Under the pieces are notes generated by a model. The model did no database searches. It saw only the letters and a program-made list of their open reading frames with translations, and was not told where the DNA came from. Both the position numbers and the translations under genes were made by a program. This document shows, piece after piece, positions 36,557-44,501 of a stretch of DNA of 64,000 nucleotides. The stretch comes from Candidatus Lustribacter sp. Its GTDB lineage: Bacteria; Vulcanimicrobiota; Vulcanimicrobiia; Vulcanimicrobiales; Vulcanimicrobiaceae. Position 1 is the first letter of the stretch; the number at the start of each line of letters is the position of its first letter. Where the stretch lies: contig OZ255842.1 in NCBI GenBank assembly GCA_965277805.1, positions 3,104,001-3,168,000 on the forward strand, in the 5' to 3' direction.

Positions 36557-37549
36557 TTGAGCCTTCTGAATTTGAGTTTTGCGTGCGGCCGCTACGACCG
36601 CACCGAAGCATTGCGCACCGGTGAAGTCCGCGTCGAAGGCGTCGACCTCAACTACATCGCGATCGAATCGCCGCGCGCGATCTTCGATCGGATGGTCGGC
36701 GGACTCGAGTTCGACGTCTCGGAACTTTCCAGCTCCGAGTACATCTGTCTCACCAGCGCACAAAAGAGCCAGTTCGTCGCGATCCCGGTGTTCCCGTCGC
36801 GAATGTTCCGTCACGGCTTCATTTACATCAACAAGAAGTCGGGGATCACGAAGCCCAAAGACCTCGAGGGCAAACGCGTCGGCGTCGCACTCTACACGCA
36901 GACCGCTGCAATCTGGATCCGCGGTCACCTCAAACACGAATACGGCGTCGACTACACCACGTTCGACTGGGTGCAAGGCGGCGTTGAACTCGCCGGCACG
37001 CACGGCAAACCGCACGCGCTGCCGCTGCTCAAGCCCGTCAAGATCAGCGAGAACGAGAGCCCGAACTCGCTCGGGCAACTCTTGGCCAAGGGTGAGATCG
37101 ATGCCCTGATCGGTTCGCGCCAACCCCTGACGCTGGGCAAAGATCCGAACGTTGCGCGGCTGTTTCCGGATTACCGCAACGTCGAGCGCGAATTTTATCA
37201 GAAGACGAGCATCTTCCCGATCATGCACCTCGTGGCGATCCGCAAAGACATCCACGAAAAGCATCCGTGGGTCGCCAACAGCTTCTATCGCGCCTTCGTC
37301 GAGGCGAAGCAGTGGGCGCTGGCGCGGATGAACTTCACCGGCTCGCAAAACACGATGTTCCCCTGGCAAAATCCCGACGTCGATGAGATCAACGAACTCT
37401 TCGGCGGCGATCCCTGGCCCTACGGCGTCGAGCCGAACCGCCCCACGCTCGAAGCGCTGATGACGTACATGGTCGAGCAAGACTTCATCCCGAAGGCGAT
37501 CCCGATCGACGACCTCTTCTACCCGCTGCCCGGCGCCATGGGCTACTAG
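36557..37549 (+). CDS. 4,5-dihydroxyphthalate decarboxylase (OphC/Pht5)-like protein
   Basis: ACGRYDRT, FDVSELS, AIPVFPSRMFRH, YTQTAAIWIRG, IFPIMH, DPWPYGVEPNRPTLE; TTG start at 36557. Confidence 0.88.
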   Translation: MSLLNLSFACGRYDRTEALRTGEVRVEGVDLNYIAIESPRAIFDRMVGGLEFDVSELSSSEYICLTSAQKSQFVAIPVFPSRMFRHGFIYINKKSGITKPKDLEGKRVGVALYTQTAAIWIRGHLKHEYGVDYTTFDWVQGGVELAGTHGKPHALPLLKPVKISENESPNSLGQLLAKGEIDALIGSRQPLTLGKDPNVARLFPDYRNVEREFYQKTSIFPIMHLVAIRKDIHEKHPWVANSFYRAFVEAKQWALARMNFTGSQNTMFPWQNPDVDEINELFGGDPWPYGVEPNRPTLEALMTYMVEQDFIPKAIPIDDLFYPLPGAMGY

Positions 37550-37890
37550 CTGCGCTCGGTGAAGCCCCGATAGATGCGGATGAGCGTTTCTTTCTGATCG
37601 GTCGTTAGCGCCGGATCGAGTTTGATCGCGTCCTCGACCGTGCGGTCGCCGGGCGCGGCGGACTTTTCATCGAGCAAGCCCGCTTGCGAGTACATGGCTT
37701 CGGCCGAAATGCGCAACGCCGAGGCGAGGTTCTTGAGCACGTCCGCTGAGGGCTTGTACATCCCGCGCTCGATCTGTCCCAGGTAGGGGTTCGAGATGTC
37801 GGCCATGTCGGCGAGTTGCCGCAGCGAGAGGTTCGCGAGTTCGCGCTGCGCTTTGATGAATTCGCCGAGGTTCTTCCAGTTATCGTTCAC
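37546..37890 (-). CDS. XRE-family HTH regulator (Rv0474/MLDSR-like)
   Basis: LGEFIKAQR..LSLRQLA...ISNPYLGQIERG..KPSADVL..LA.ALRISAE; GTGA overlap with the phaC stop. Confidence 0.85.
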   Translation of the reverse strand: MNDNWKNLGEFIKAQRELANLSLRQLADMADISNPYLGQIERGMYKPSADVLKNLASALRISAEAMYSQAGLLDEKSAAPGDRTVEDAIKLDPALTTDQKETLIRIYRGFTERS

Positions 37891-39638
37891 GCGCGTTTCT
37901 TCGCGCGCGATTTCCGCGCGGCTGTCTTGCGCTTGAGCGGGTTGTACGGCGGTGCCGTTTCGTTGCGCACGTAGTGGCCGGGCGCCGGTTCGCCGGGCGG
38001 CAAATTCGCGGCCGCCACCAGCGGACCCGCATGCGCATCGGCCCAGATCGCCCAGTCTTCCCACCACGTTCCGGCGTGGCGTTCGGCAGCCGCGCGCCAC
38101 TCATCAGCGCTCGCATCTCTACGCGGGCGATCGAGCGTCCAATGTTCCGACTTGGAACCGCCGGGCGGGTTGACGATCCCGGCGATGTGACCGGAGTTGG
38201 TAAGGGTGAAGCGCACGTCGTCGCTGCCGACGTGCTGAATCGTGCGATACGTAGAACGCCAGGGCGCGATGTGATCGGTTTCGGCGCCGACCACGTAGAG
38301 CGGCGTTTCGATCTTGCCGAGGTCGATCGGCACGCCGTCGACGGCGAACGCCCCGGGTTTGATGATCGCGTTACGCAGATAGCACGTGCGCAGATACTGC
38401 GAGTGCATCTCGGCGGGCATGCGGGTCGAGTCGGCGTTCCAGGCCAGGATGTCGAACGCCGGCGGGTTCTTCCCCTGAAACCAGTTGTTGACGACGTAGC
38501 TCCAGACCAGGTCGTTCGCGCGCATCCAGTTGAACGTGCCGGCCATCTCGGCAGAGTCGAGATAGCCGGTTTCGTGCATCTGCGTTTCGAGCCGCGCGAT
38601 CGACTCCTCATCGGTGAAAATGCCGAGTTCGCCGGGTTCGCTGAAGTCGACCAGCGTGTTCGTCAACGTGGCGCTCGCGATTCGATCGCCTTGGCCGCGT
38701 GCGCTGAGATACGAGAGCATCATCGTCGCGAGCGTCCCGCCCAGGCACAGCGCGGCGAGGTTCGTGCGCCGGCGGCCGGTAATCGCTTCTACGGCGCCGA
38801 GCGCGGCCAGTAGGCCGTGTTTCATGTAGTCTTCGATGCGCAGCGACGCCATCGACGCATCGGGGTTACGGTAGCTGATCGCAAACGTCTGATGACCGTG
38901 GAGCACGGCCCATTCGATGAACGAACGGCCGGGCGCAAGGTCCATCACGTAGTACTTGTTGATCCAGGGCGGACTGCACAGGAGCGGGATCTCGTGCACT
39001 TGCGCGGTCTGCGGTTCGTAGGCGATCAGCTCGATCAAGTCGTTGCGGAACACGACCCGGCCCGGCGTCGCGGCCAGATTGACGCCGAGCTTGAACGGCG
39101 TGGCGTCGACCTGACGCGGCATGCCGCCGTTGTCGCGCACGTCGTCGGCGAAATTCTGCATGCCGCGCACGAGGCTCATGCCGCCGGTGTCCATCGCTTC
39201 GCGCAGCACGGCCGGGTTGAGCCACGGTACGTTGCTCGGCGCGAAGGCGTCGCACATCAGCTGCATCCCGAACTTCGCCTTACGGCGCGTCGCCTCGGGC
39301 AGACGCGAGGAATCGACCAGCGCCATCGCCGCGCGCGCCTGCTCGAGATACGTCTCGGCAAATCCGAGGAAGAACGGGTTGCGCTTCCAGGCCGGATCGG
39401 CGAAGCGCTTGTCCTTGGTGGCAGTTGAGGCTTCGGGCTCGCCGTTGGTGTTGAGACGGCGCAGCAAATTGAGGCCGGCGGTTTGCTGCGCGAGCCCCAT
39501 CTGGGTCATCCACATCGTCATGCTCATCGGATCGCTCATCGCGTCCTTGATCACGGCCTGCACGGCTTCGCCGAGCGCCGCCGGGTCGAGCCCGGCGACA
39601 TCAAAACCGTATTGGAGCTCTTCGGGCGGGATGTTCAC
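37887..39638 (-). CDS. phaC: Polyhydroxyalkanoate synthase (class I/II size)
   Basis: DKRFADPAW, NLAATPGRVVFRN, PPWINKYYVMDL, lipase-box-like ALCLGG, FDILAWNADSTRMP, DHIAPW, SGHIAG. Confidence 0.95.
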   Translation of the reverse strand: MNIPPEELQYGFDVAGLDPAALGEAVQAVIKDAMSDPMSMTMWMTQMGLAQQTAGLNLLRRLNTNGEPEASTATKDKRFADPAWKRNPFFLGFAETYLEQARAAMALVDSSRLPEATRRKAKFGMQLMCDAFAPSNVPWLNPAVLREAMDTGGMSLVRGMQNFADDVRDNGGMPRQVDATPFKLGVNLAATPGRVVFRNDLIELIAYEPQTAQVHEIPLLCSPPWINKYYVMDLAPGRSFIEWAVLHGHQTFAISYRNPDASMASLRIEDYMKHGLLAALGAVEAITGRRRTNLAALCLGGTLATMMLSYLSARGQGDRIASATLTNTLVDFSEPGELGIFTDEESIARLETQMHETGYLDSAEMAGTFNWMRANDLVWSYVVNNWFQGKNPPAFDILAWNADSTRMPAEMHSQYLRTCYLRNAIIKPGAFAVDGVPIDLGKIETPLYVVGAETDHIAPWRSTYRTIQHVGSDDVRFTLTNSGHIAGIVNPPGGSKSEHWTLDRPRRDASADEWRAAAERHAGTWWEDWAIWADAHAGPLVAAANLPPGEPAPGHYVRNETAPPYNPLKRKTAARKSRAKKRA

Positions 39639-40378
39639 ATGTCTAAGCCGCCGTTGACCGTGTACACGGCGCCCGTGATGTAGCTGGAGTCTTCTTCGAG
39701 CAGAAAGCCCACGACGCGAGCAACCTCGTGCGGAGCACCGAGCCGGCGTTGCGGGATCTTCTCGACGATCTTCGCCAGCACGTTCTCCGGAATGGCGGCC
39801 ACCATCTCGGTTTTGATGAAGCCCGGCGCGACGCAGTTGATCGTGATGCCGCGCTGCGACATCTCGAGCGCCAAGCTCTTCGTCAAGCCTACGAGCCCCG
39901 CTTTGGAGGCGGCGTAGTTGGCCTGACCGACGTTGCCGGTCTCACCGATGACGGAGCTGATGTTGACGATGCGGCCGGAGCCGCGCTCGATCATGTGCTC
40001 GATGACGGCTTTGGTCATCGCGAACGCGCCGAACAGGTTGACGCCCAGCACGTTGTGCCAGTCATCGACCGTCATTTTGCGGACCGTCTTGTCGACGGTG
40101 ATGCCGGCGTTGTTGATCAAGAAGTCGATGCGGCCGTGCTGGTCGAGCACTTCTTTGACGACGCGATTGCAGTCCTCGGCGTCATCGACGCGGCCTTGGT
40201 GCAGCGAGACGTTCTTGCCGTCGTTGCCGAGGTCCGATCGTAGTTTGTCGGCAGCCGCGGTATCGCGGCTGTACCCGGCGGCGACTTTGGCGCCGCCTTT
40301 TGCGAGAAGCGAGGTGATGGCGGCACCGATGCCGCGAGTTCCACCGGTAACGATAGCGACTTTTCCGTCGAAAATCAT
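39635..40378 (-). CDS. phaB: Acetoacetyl-CoA reductase (SDR)
   Basis: TGGTRGIG, NNAGIT.D, NISS, GQANYAASKAG, VNGGLDM; overlaps the phaC start. Confidence 0.88.
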   Translation of the reverse strand: MIFDGKVAIVTGGTRGIGAAITSLLAKGGAKVAAGYSRDTAAADKLRSDLGNDGKNVSLHQGRVDDAEDCNRVVKEVLDQHGRIDFLINNAGITVDKTVRKMTVDDWHNVLGVNLFGAFAMTKAVIEHMIERGSGRIVNISSVIGETGNVGQANYAASKAGLVGLTKSLALEMSQRGITINCVAPGFIKTEMVAAIPENVLAKIVEKIPQRRLGAPHEVARVVGFLLEEDSSYITGAVYTVNGGLDM

Positions 40379-40470
40379 TTGCTCCGCCCTTCACGTTTGG
40401 AGGCTCGATCTTTTCCGACGGGATACCACGGACTGCGAGGATTACCTAGCAGTCCGCGGCGCGGTTTGTT

Positions 40471-40743
40471 TTAGACGGCGGCGGGGGTGAAGACGTCGGC
40501 GATTTGCTTGGCGTACGCCTTCTGCTGCGCGACGACTTTGTCGACGAACTGCGTGTTCAGTTCGGTGAGTTCGGCGATCGTCGGGACGCCCGGGATCGTC
40601 GGGAGCTGCGCCGAGGCCGGGAGCTTCTCGACCATTTCTTTGGCGGAGGTCAGCGACTGGAGGTACGCGCTTTGAACGGCCTTGAGCGATTCGAGACCTT
40701 GTTCTTGCATTTGGGCGAGGAGTTCGAGGTAGGTTGCGGGCAT
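40471..40743 (-). CDS. Putative phasin-like PHA granule protein
   Basis: 90 aa, Gln/Ala/Leu-rich amphipathic helices, first gene of the phaB-phaC unit. The function is inferred from context. Confidence 0.6.
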   Translation of the reverse strand: MPATYLELLAQMQEQGLESLKAVQSAYLQSLTSAKEMVEKLPASAQLPTIPGVPTIAELTELNTQFVDKVVAQQKAYAKQIADVFTPAAV

Positions 40744-40785
40744 GGCGTGTCTGCTTTCTGCGGTGCGGCGAGCGGGTTCGGGCTA

Positions 40786-40807
40786 CGTGCTAAGTATACG
40801 CAGCACG
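40786..40807. promoter_or_regulatory. Candidate operator overlapping a -10 element upstream of the phasin-like gene
   Basis: CGTGCT-N10-AGCACG inverted repeat enclosing minus-strand TATACT. Confidence 0.35.
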
Positions 40808-40851
40808 CGCGGGATTTCTCACTGCTTTTGTCGCAGATTGCTTACACCAAG

Positions 40852-41091
40852 CTAGCCCTTGCCGAGTTTGGCGGCTCGCTGTGCGAGCTGCTCGGCAATT
40901 GCTGCCTTGAGCGACTCCGAATCGTGGAGCAGCGAGGCCATGTTGTGCATGGTGGCGAGGATCGCGATCTCTTGCACCCTGGGGTCGATTTGCTCGTACC
41001 GGAAGGCGGTCGGGAGCATGTTCCGCATGGCGGCGTTCCAGGAGAGGAACCAGCTAGACGGATCGGTCGGATCGAAGCGCGGAAGATCCAT
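40852..41091 (-). CDS. Small hypothetical protein
   Basis: 79 aa ORF with natural-looking composition filling the gap between the phasin-like gene and phaZ. Confidence 0.5.
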   Translation of the reverse strand: MDLPRFDPTDPSSWFLSWNAAMRNMLPTAFRYEQIDPRVQEIAILATMHNMASLLHDSESLKAAIAEQLAQRAAKLGKG

Positions 41092-41176
41092 AGCGAAGGA
41101 TAAGCGCTGGAACCAACCGAGGCCTGCGTACGGTAATGGGTAGAGGGTGTCGTCACCTCTGTAGTCTGGAGACCCC

Positions 41177-42367
41177 TTGATCGCGTCCTATACCTCGTAC
41201 GAAAACTCCCAGCTCGCCGCATCCCCGCTCCGCTGGTCGGCCCAAACGACCCGCAGCCTCCTCGCCAACCCGTTCAACCCGTGGCACTACACCCCGATCG
41301 GACGCGCCTTCGAAGCCGCCGCGACTGTCACCGAAGGCCTGCTGCAACCGCACGGCCACCCCGACTGGAACCTCGATGCCGAGATGACCGTCGTGACGGA
41401 ACGCCCGTTCTGCCGTCTCTTACGCTTCTCGTCGGGCGCCGGCGCCGAGCGCCCGCGGGTGTTGCTCGTCGCGCCGCTTTCGGGTCACTTCGCGACGCTG
41501 TTACGACCGACGGTTGCCGCGCTCGTGGGCGCGCACGACGTCTACGTCACCGACTGGAGCAACGCACGCGACGTTCCAATGAGCGCCGGAACGTTCGGCC
41601 TCGACGACTACGTCGACTACATGATCGAAGATATGCGCATGCTCGGACCGGATGCGCACGTGATCGCGGTGTGTCAGCCGTGCCCGCCCGTACTCGCGGC
41701 GATCGCCGTGATGGCCGCGAGCAACGATCCCGCGCAACCGCGCTCGATGACGCTTATGGGCGGTCCGGTCGACACGCGCGTGGCGCCGACGGTGCCGACC
41801 GAACTTGCGGTTTCGCGTCCACTGAGCTGGTTTGCCGACGAACTGATCGCAACGGTGCCGGCACGCTACGCCGGAGCGGGACGCCGCGTCTATCCGGGCT
41901 TCGTCCAAATCGGCGCGTTTCTGAGCATGAACCCCGGCCGGCACATCGATGCGCATGTCGGCATGTTCAACGATCTCGTGCGCGGCAACACCGCTTCAGC
42001 GCACCGCCGCCAAGCATTCTACGATGAGTACCTCGCGGTGATGGACGTGACGGCGGATTATTTCCTCGAAACCGTCGACGCGGTGTTTCAGCGCCATGCG
42101 CTGCCGCTCGGCACCTGGATGCATCGCGGCGAGCGCGTCGATCTGACGGCGATTCGTAAGACCGCACTGCTCACGGTGGAAGGCGAACTCGACGACATCT
42201 CGGCGGTCGGCCAAACCGCCGCCGCGCACGGCCTTACGCCGAATATTCCGGCCGCACGCCACGAATCGCACATCGAACCCGGCGTGGGCCATTACGGGAT
42301 CTTCAGCGGTTCGCACTGGCGTTCGAACGTCGCGCCGCTGATCGCGGACTTCATCCGCCGGACGTAA
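41177..42367 (+). CDS. phaZ: Intracellular PHB depolymerase
   Basis: VAPLSGHFATLLR, VYVTDW, VCQP (Cys nucleophile), MGGPVD, RVYPGF, TVEGELDDIS, GVGHYGIFSG. Confidence 0.95.
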   Translation: MIASYTSYENSQLAASPLRWSAQTTRSLLANPFNPWHYTPIGRAFEAAATVTEGLLQPHGHPDWNLDAEMTVVTERPFCRLLRFSSGAGAERPRVLLVAPLSGHFATLLRPTVAALVGAHDVYVTDWSNARDVPMSAGTFGLDDYVDYMIEDMRMLGPDAHVIAVCQPCPPVLAAIAVMAASNDPAQPRSMTLMGGPVDTRVAPTVPTELAVSRPLSWFADELIATVPARYAGAGRRVYPGFVQIGAFLSMNPGRHIDAHVGMFNDLVRGNTASAHRRQAFYDEYLAVMDVTADYFLETVDAVFQRHALPLGTWMHRGERVDLTAIRKTALLTVEGELDDISAVGQTAAAHGLTPNIPAARHESHIEPGVGHYGIFSGSHWRSNVAPLIADFIRRT

Positions 42368-42369
42368 CC

Positions 42370-43437
42370 GTGAACGTGACGGACGTCGACACGCCGGCGT
42401 TGCTGCTCGACCTCGACCGGGTCGAGCGCAACCTCGACCGCATGGCGGCGCTCGTTGCGGCAACGCCGGTGAAGCTGCGTCCGCACGCCAAAACGCACAA
42501 GACCGCCCGCATCGCGCACATGCAACTCGAGCGCGGCGCGATCGGTGTGTGCAGTGCGAAGCTCGCCGAAGCGGAAGTGCTCGCGGACGGCGGCGTTCCC
42601 GACATCTTGATCACGACCGAAATTATCGGCGCGGCGAAAATCCGGCGGCTGCTCGCGCTCGCCGCGCGCGCCGCGGTGACGATCGTGGTCGATGACGCGC
42701 GAGCGGCAATAGCGCTCGCCGCCGCCGCCGGCGCCGCCGGTCTGCAGCTCGATACGCTGGTCGACGTCGACGTGGGCCAGCATCGCACCGGAACGCTCCC
42801 GGGCGCACCGGCCGTCGCACTCGGTATCGTCGTCAACAAACTGCCGGGACTTCGTCTGCGCGGCCTGCAAGGCTACGAAGGGCACGTTCAGCACATCGCC
42901 GGCATGGATGAACGCCGGGCGGCCAACGCGAGCGCGATGTCACTCTTGTGCGAAACCGCAGCGGCATTTACTGCAGCCGGACTCGCTACCGATATCGTCA
43001 CGACGGGCGGCACGGGAACGGCGCTCTTCTCCGCCGCCTATCCGGCGATCACCGACGTGCAGCCGGGTTCGTATGTCGTGATGGACGCACAATACGGCGA
43101 CGTGGACGGCGTAACGTACGAGTCCGCGCTCACGCTGCTGACGACGGTCTTGAGCGTGCGCGACGGCTGGGCGGTGCTCGACGCCGGCCGCAAGTCGCTC
43201 AGCCACGATGCCGGCCCACCGCGCATCATCGGCCTGGACGCTGCGTTCGAATTCGGCGGCGACGAACACGGCAAACTGCGCTTCACCGGCGCACCCCCGG
43301 TCACGCTCGGCCAAACGTTGCAGATCCTGCCCAGCCACTGCGACACCACCATCAACCTCCACGACGAATACATCATCCACCGCAGCGGCACCGTCATCGA
43401 CCACTGGCCCATCGAAGCCCGCGGCAAAACAACATAA
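42370..43437 (+). CDS. PLP-dependent D-threonine aldolase / D-serine dehydratase (DSD1, alanine racemase fold)
   Basis: TPALLLDL, RPHAKTHK, QGYEGH, GGTGT, QPGSYVVMD, DEHG, PSHCDTT.NL. Confidence 0.9.
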   Translation: MNVTDVDTPALLLDLDRVERNLDRMAALVAATPVKLRPHAKTHKTARIAHMQLERGAIGVCSAKLAEAEVLADGGVPDILITTEIIGAAKIRRLLALAARAAVTIVVDDARAAIALAAAAGAAGLQLDTLVDVDVGQHRTGTLPGAPAVALGIVVNKLPGLRLRGLQGYEGHVQHIAGMDERRAANASAMSLLCETAAAFTAAGLATDIVTTGGTGTALFSAAYPAITDVQPGSYVVMDAQYGDVDGVTYESALTLLTTVLSVRDGWAVLDAGRKSLSHDAGPPRIIGLDAAFEFGGDEHGKLRFTGAPPVTLGQTLQILPSHCDTTINLHDEYIIHRSGTVIDHWPIEARGKTT

Positions 43438-43444
43438 CCGTGAA

Positions 43445-43463
43445 TGTCATGCCGAGCGGAGCG
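43445..43463 (+). repeat. Truncated REP-like intergenic repeat
   Basis: TGTCATGCCGAGCGGAGCG matches TGTCATTCCGAGCGAAGCG at 50576 at 17 of 19 positions; both lie between convergent genes. Confidence 0.5.
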
Positions 43464-43466
43464 CCG

Positions 43467-44501
43467 CTATGTCAGTTGGGGGATTTTTTCGCCGCGGACT
43501 TTGGCTCGGGCTAGGGCGGCGCCGGCGTTCATGGCGCGCAGTTTGGCGAGGGCGATTTTGGTTGGGAGATGGCGCAGGCCGCAATCGGGGTTGACCACGA
43601 TTTGCTCGGGGCCGATGACGGCGAGCGCGCGATCGACACGTGAGGCGACCTGCTGCGGGCTTTCGACCGTCTCGCTCTTCACGTCGATGACGCCGAGGCC
43701 GAGCTTGAACGACGGATGGTACTTCTTGAACAGCGCGACGTCGTCGTAGCCCTTGCGCGCAAACTCGAGCACGAGCTGATCGACCTGCGCATCCATGATC
43801 GCCGGGAAGAGAAAGTCGTAGTGACCTTCCCACGCCGGGCGCGCGTGCCGGTTGCCGTAGCAGATGTGCAGCGCCCACTCGACGTCGACGCCCTCGACGA
43901 CGAGGTTGATCGCCTTGACCGCGAGCGGCACCGCTTCGGGGTAGCCGGCCAAGAACGGCTCGTCGATCTGTAAGAGCGCGGCACCGGCCGCGGCGAGCTC
44001 GCGCGCTTCGCGGTTGAGCATGCGCGCGATGTCGAGCACGAGGCCCTCGGCGTCGGGATAGCCTTCGTTGCGAATGCGCTTGGACAGCGAAAACGGACCG
44101 GTGAACGAGAACTTGATCGGTTTATCGGTCTGCTCGCGCGTGAACTGGAAGTCGGCCGCGAGCCGCAAGCCCGCCGCGTCCTCGGGGTTCGGCAGCGGCG
44201 CGCGCACCGCCGCGTCGTAGTAGTCGTAGTAGTGCACTTTGGCGAGCTTCGGCAGCTCGATGCCGGGCATGCGTTCCAGGAAGTAGTCGATGTCGTTGTC
44301 GCGACGCAGCTCGCCGTCGGAGACGATGTCGACTCCGGCGCGCTCTTGATCTTTGAGCGCGGCTTTGATCGCGGTGTCGTAGATCTCGTTGAGCGAGGTA
44401 CGGCTAATGCGTCCTTCGTGGAAGTCGGTCTTCGCGCGTTCGAGCCATTCCGGCACCGAGTACGAACCGACGACCGTCGTCGGAAGCAGATCCTCGCTCA
44501 T
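43467..44501 (-). CDS. Single-barrel (core) cobalamin-independent methionine synthase family protein
   Basis: PTTVVGSY, DIVSDGELRR, TGPFSL, QIDEP, Zn ligands HICYGN / LEF / NPDCG; 344 aa, so it lacks the N-terminal barrel of full-length MetE. Confidence 0.9.
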   Translation of the reverse strand: MSEDLLPTTVVGSYSVPEWLERAKTDFHEGRISRTSLNEIYDTAIKAALKDQERAGVDIVSDGELRRDNDIDYFLERMPGIELPKLAKVHYYDYYDAAVRAPLPNPEDAAGLRLAADFQFTREQTDKPIKFSFTGPFSLSKRIRNEGYPDAEGLVLDIARMLNREARELAAAGAALLQIDEPFLAGYPEAVPLAVKAINLVVEGVDVEWALHICYGNRHARPAWEGHYDFLFPAIMDAQVDQLVLEFARKGYDDVALFKKYHPSFKLGLGVIDVKSETVESPQQVASRVDRALAVIGPEQIVVNPDCGLRHLPTKIALAKLRAMNAGAALARAKVRGEKIPQLT

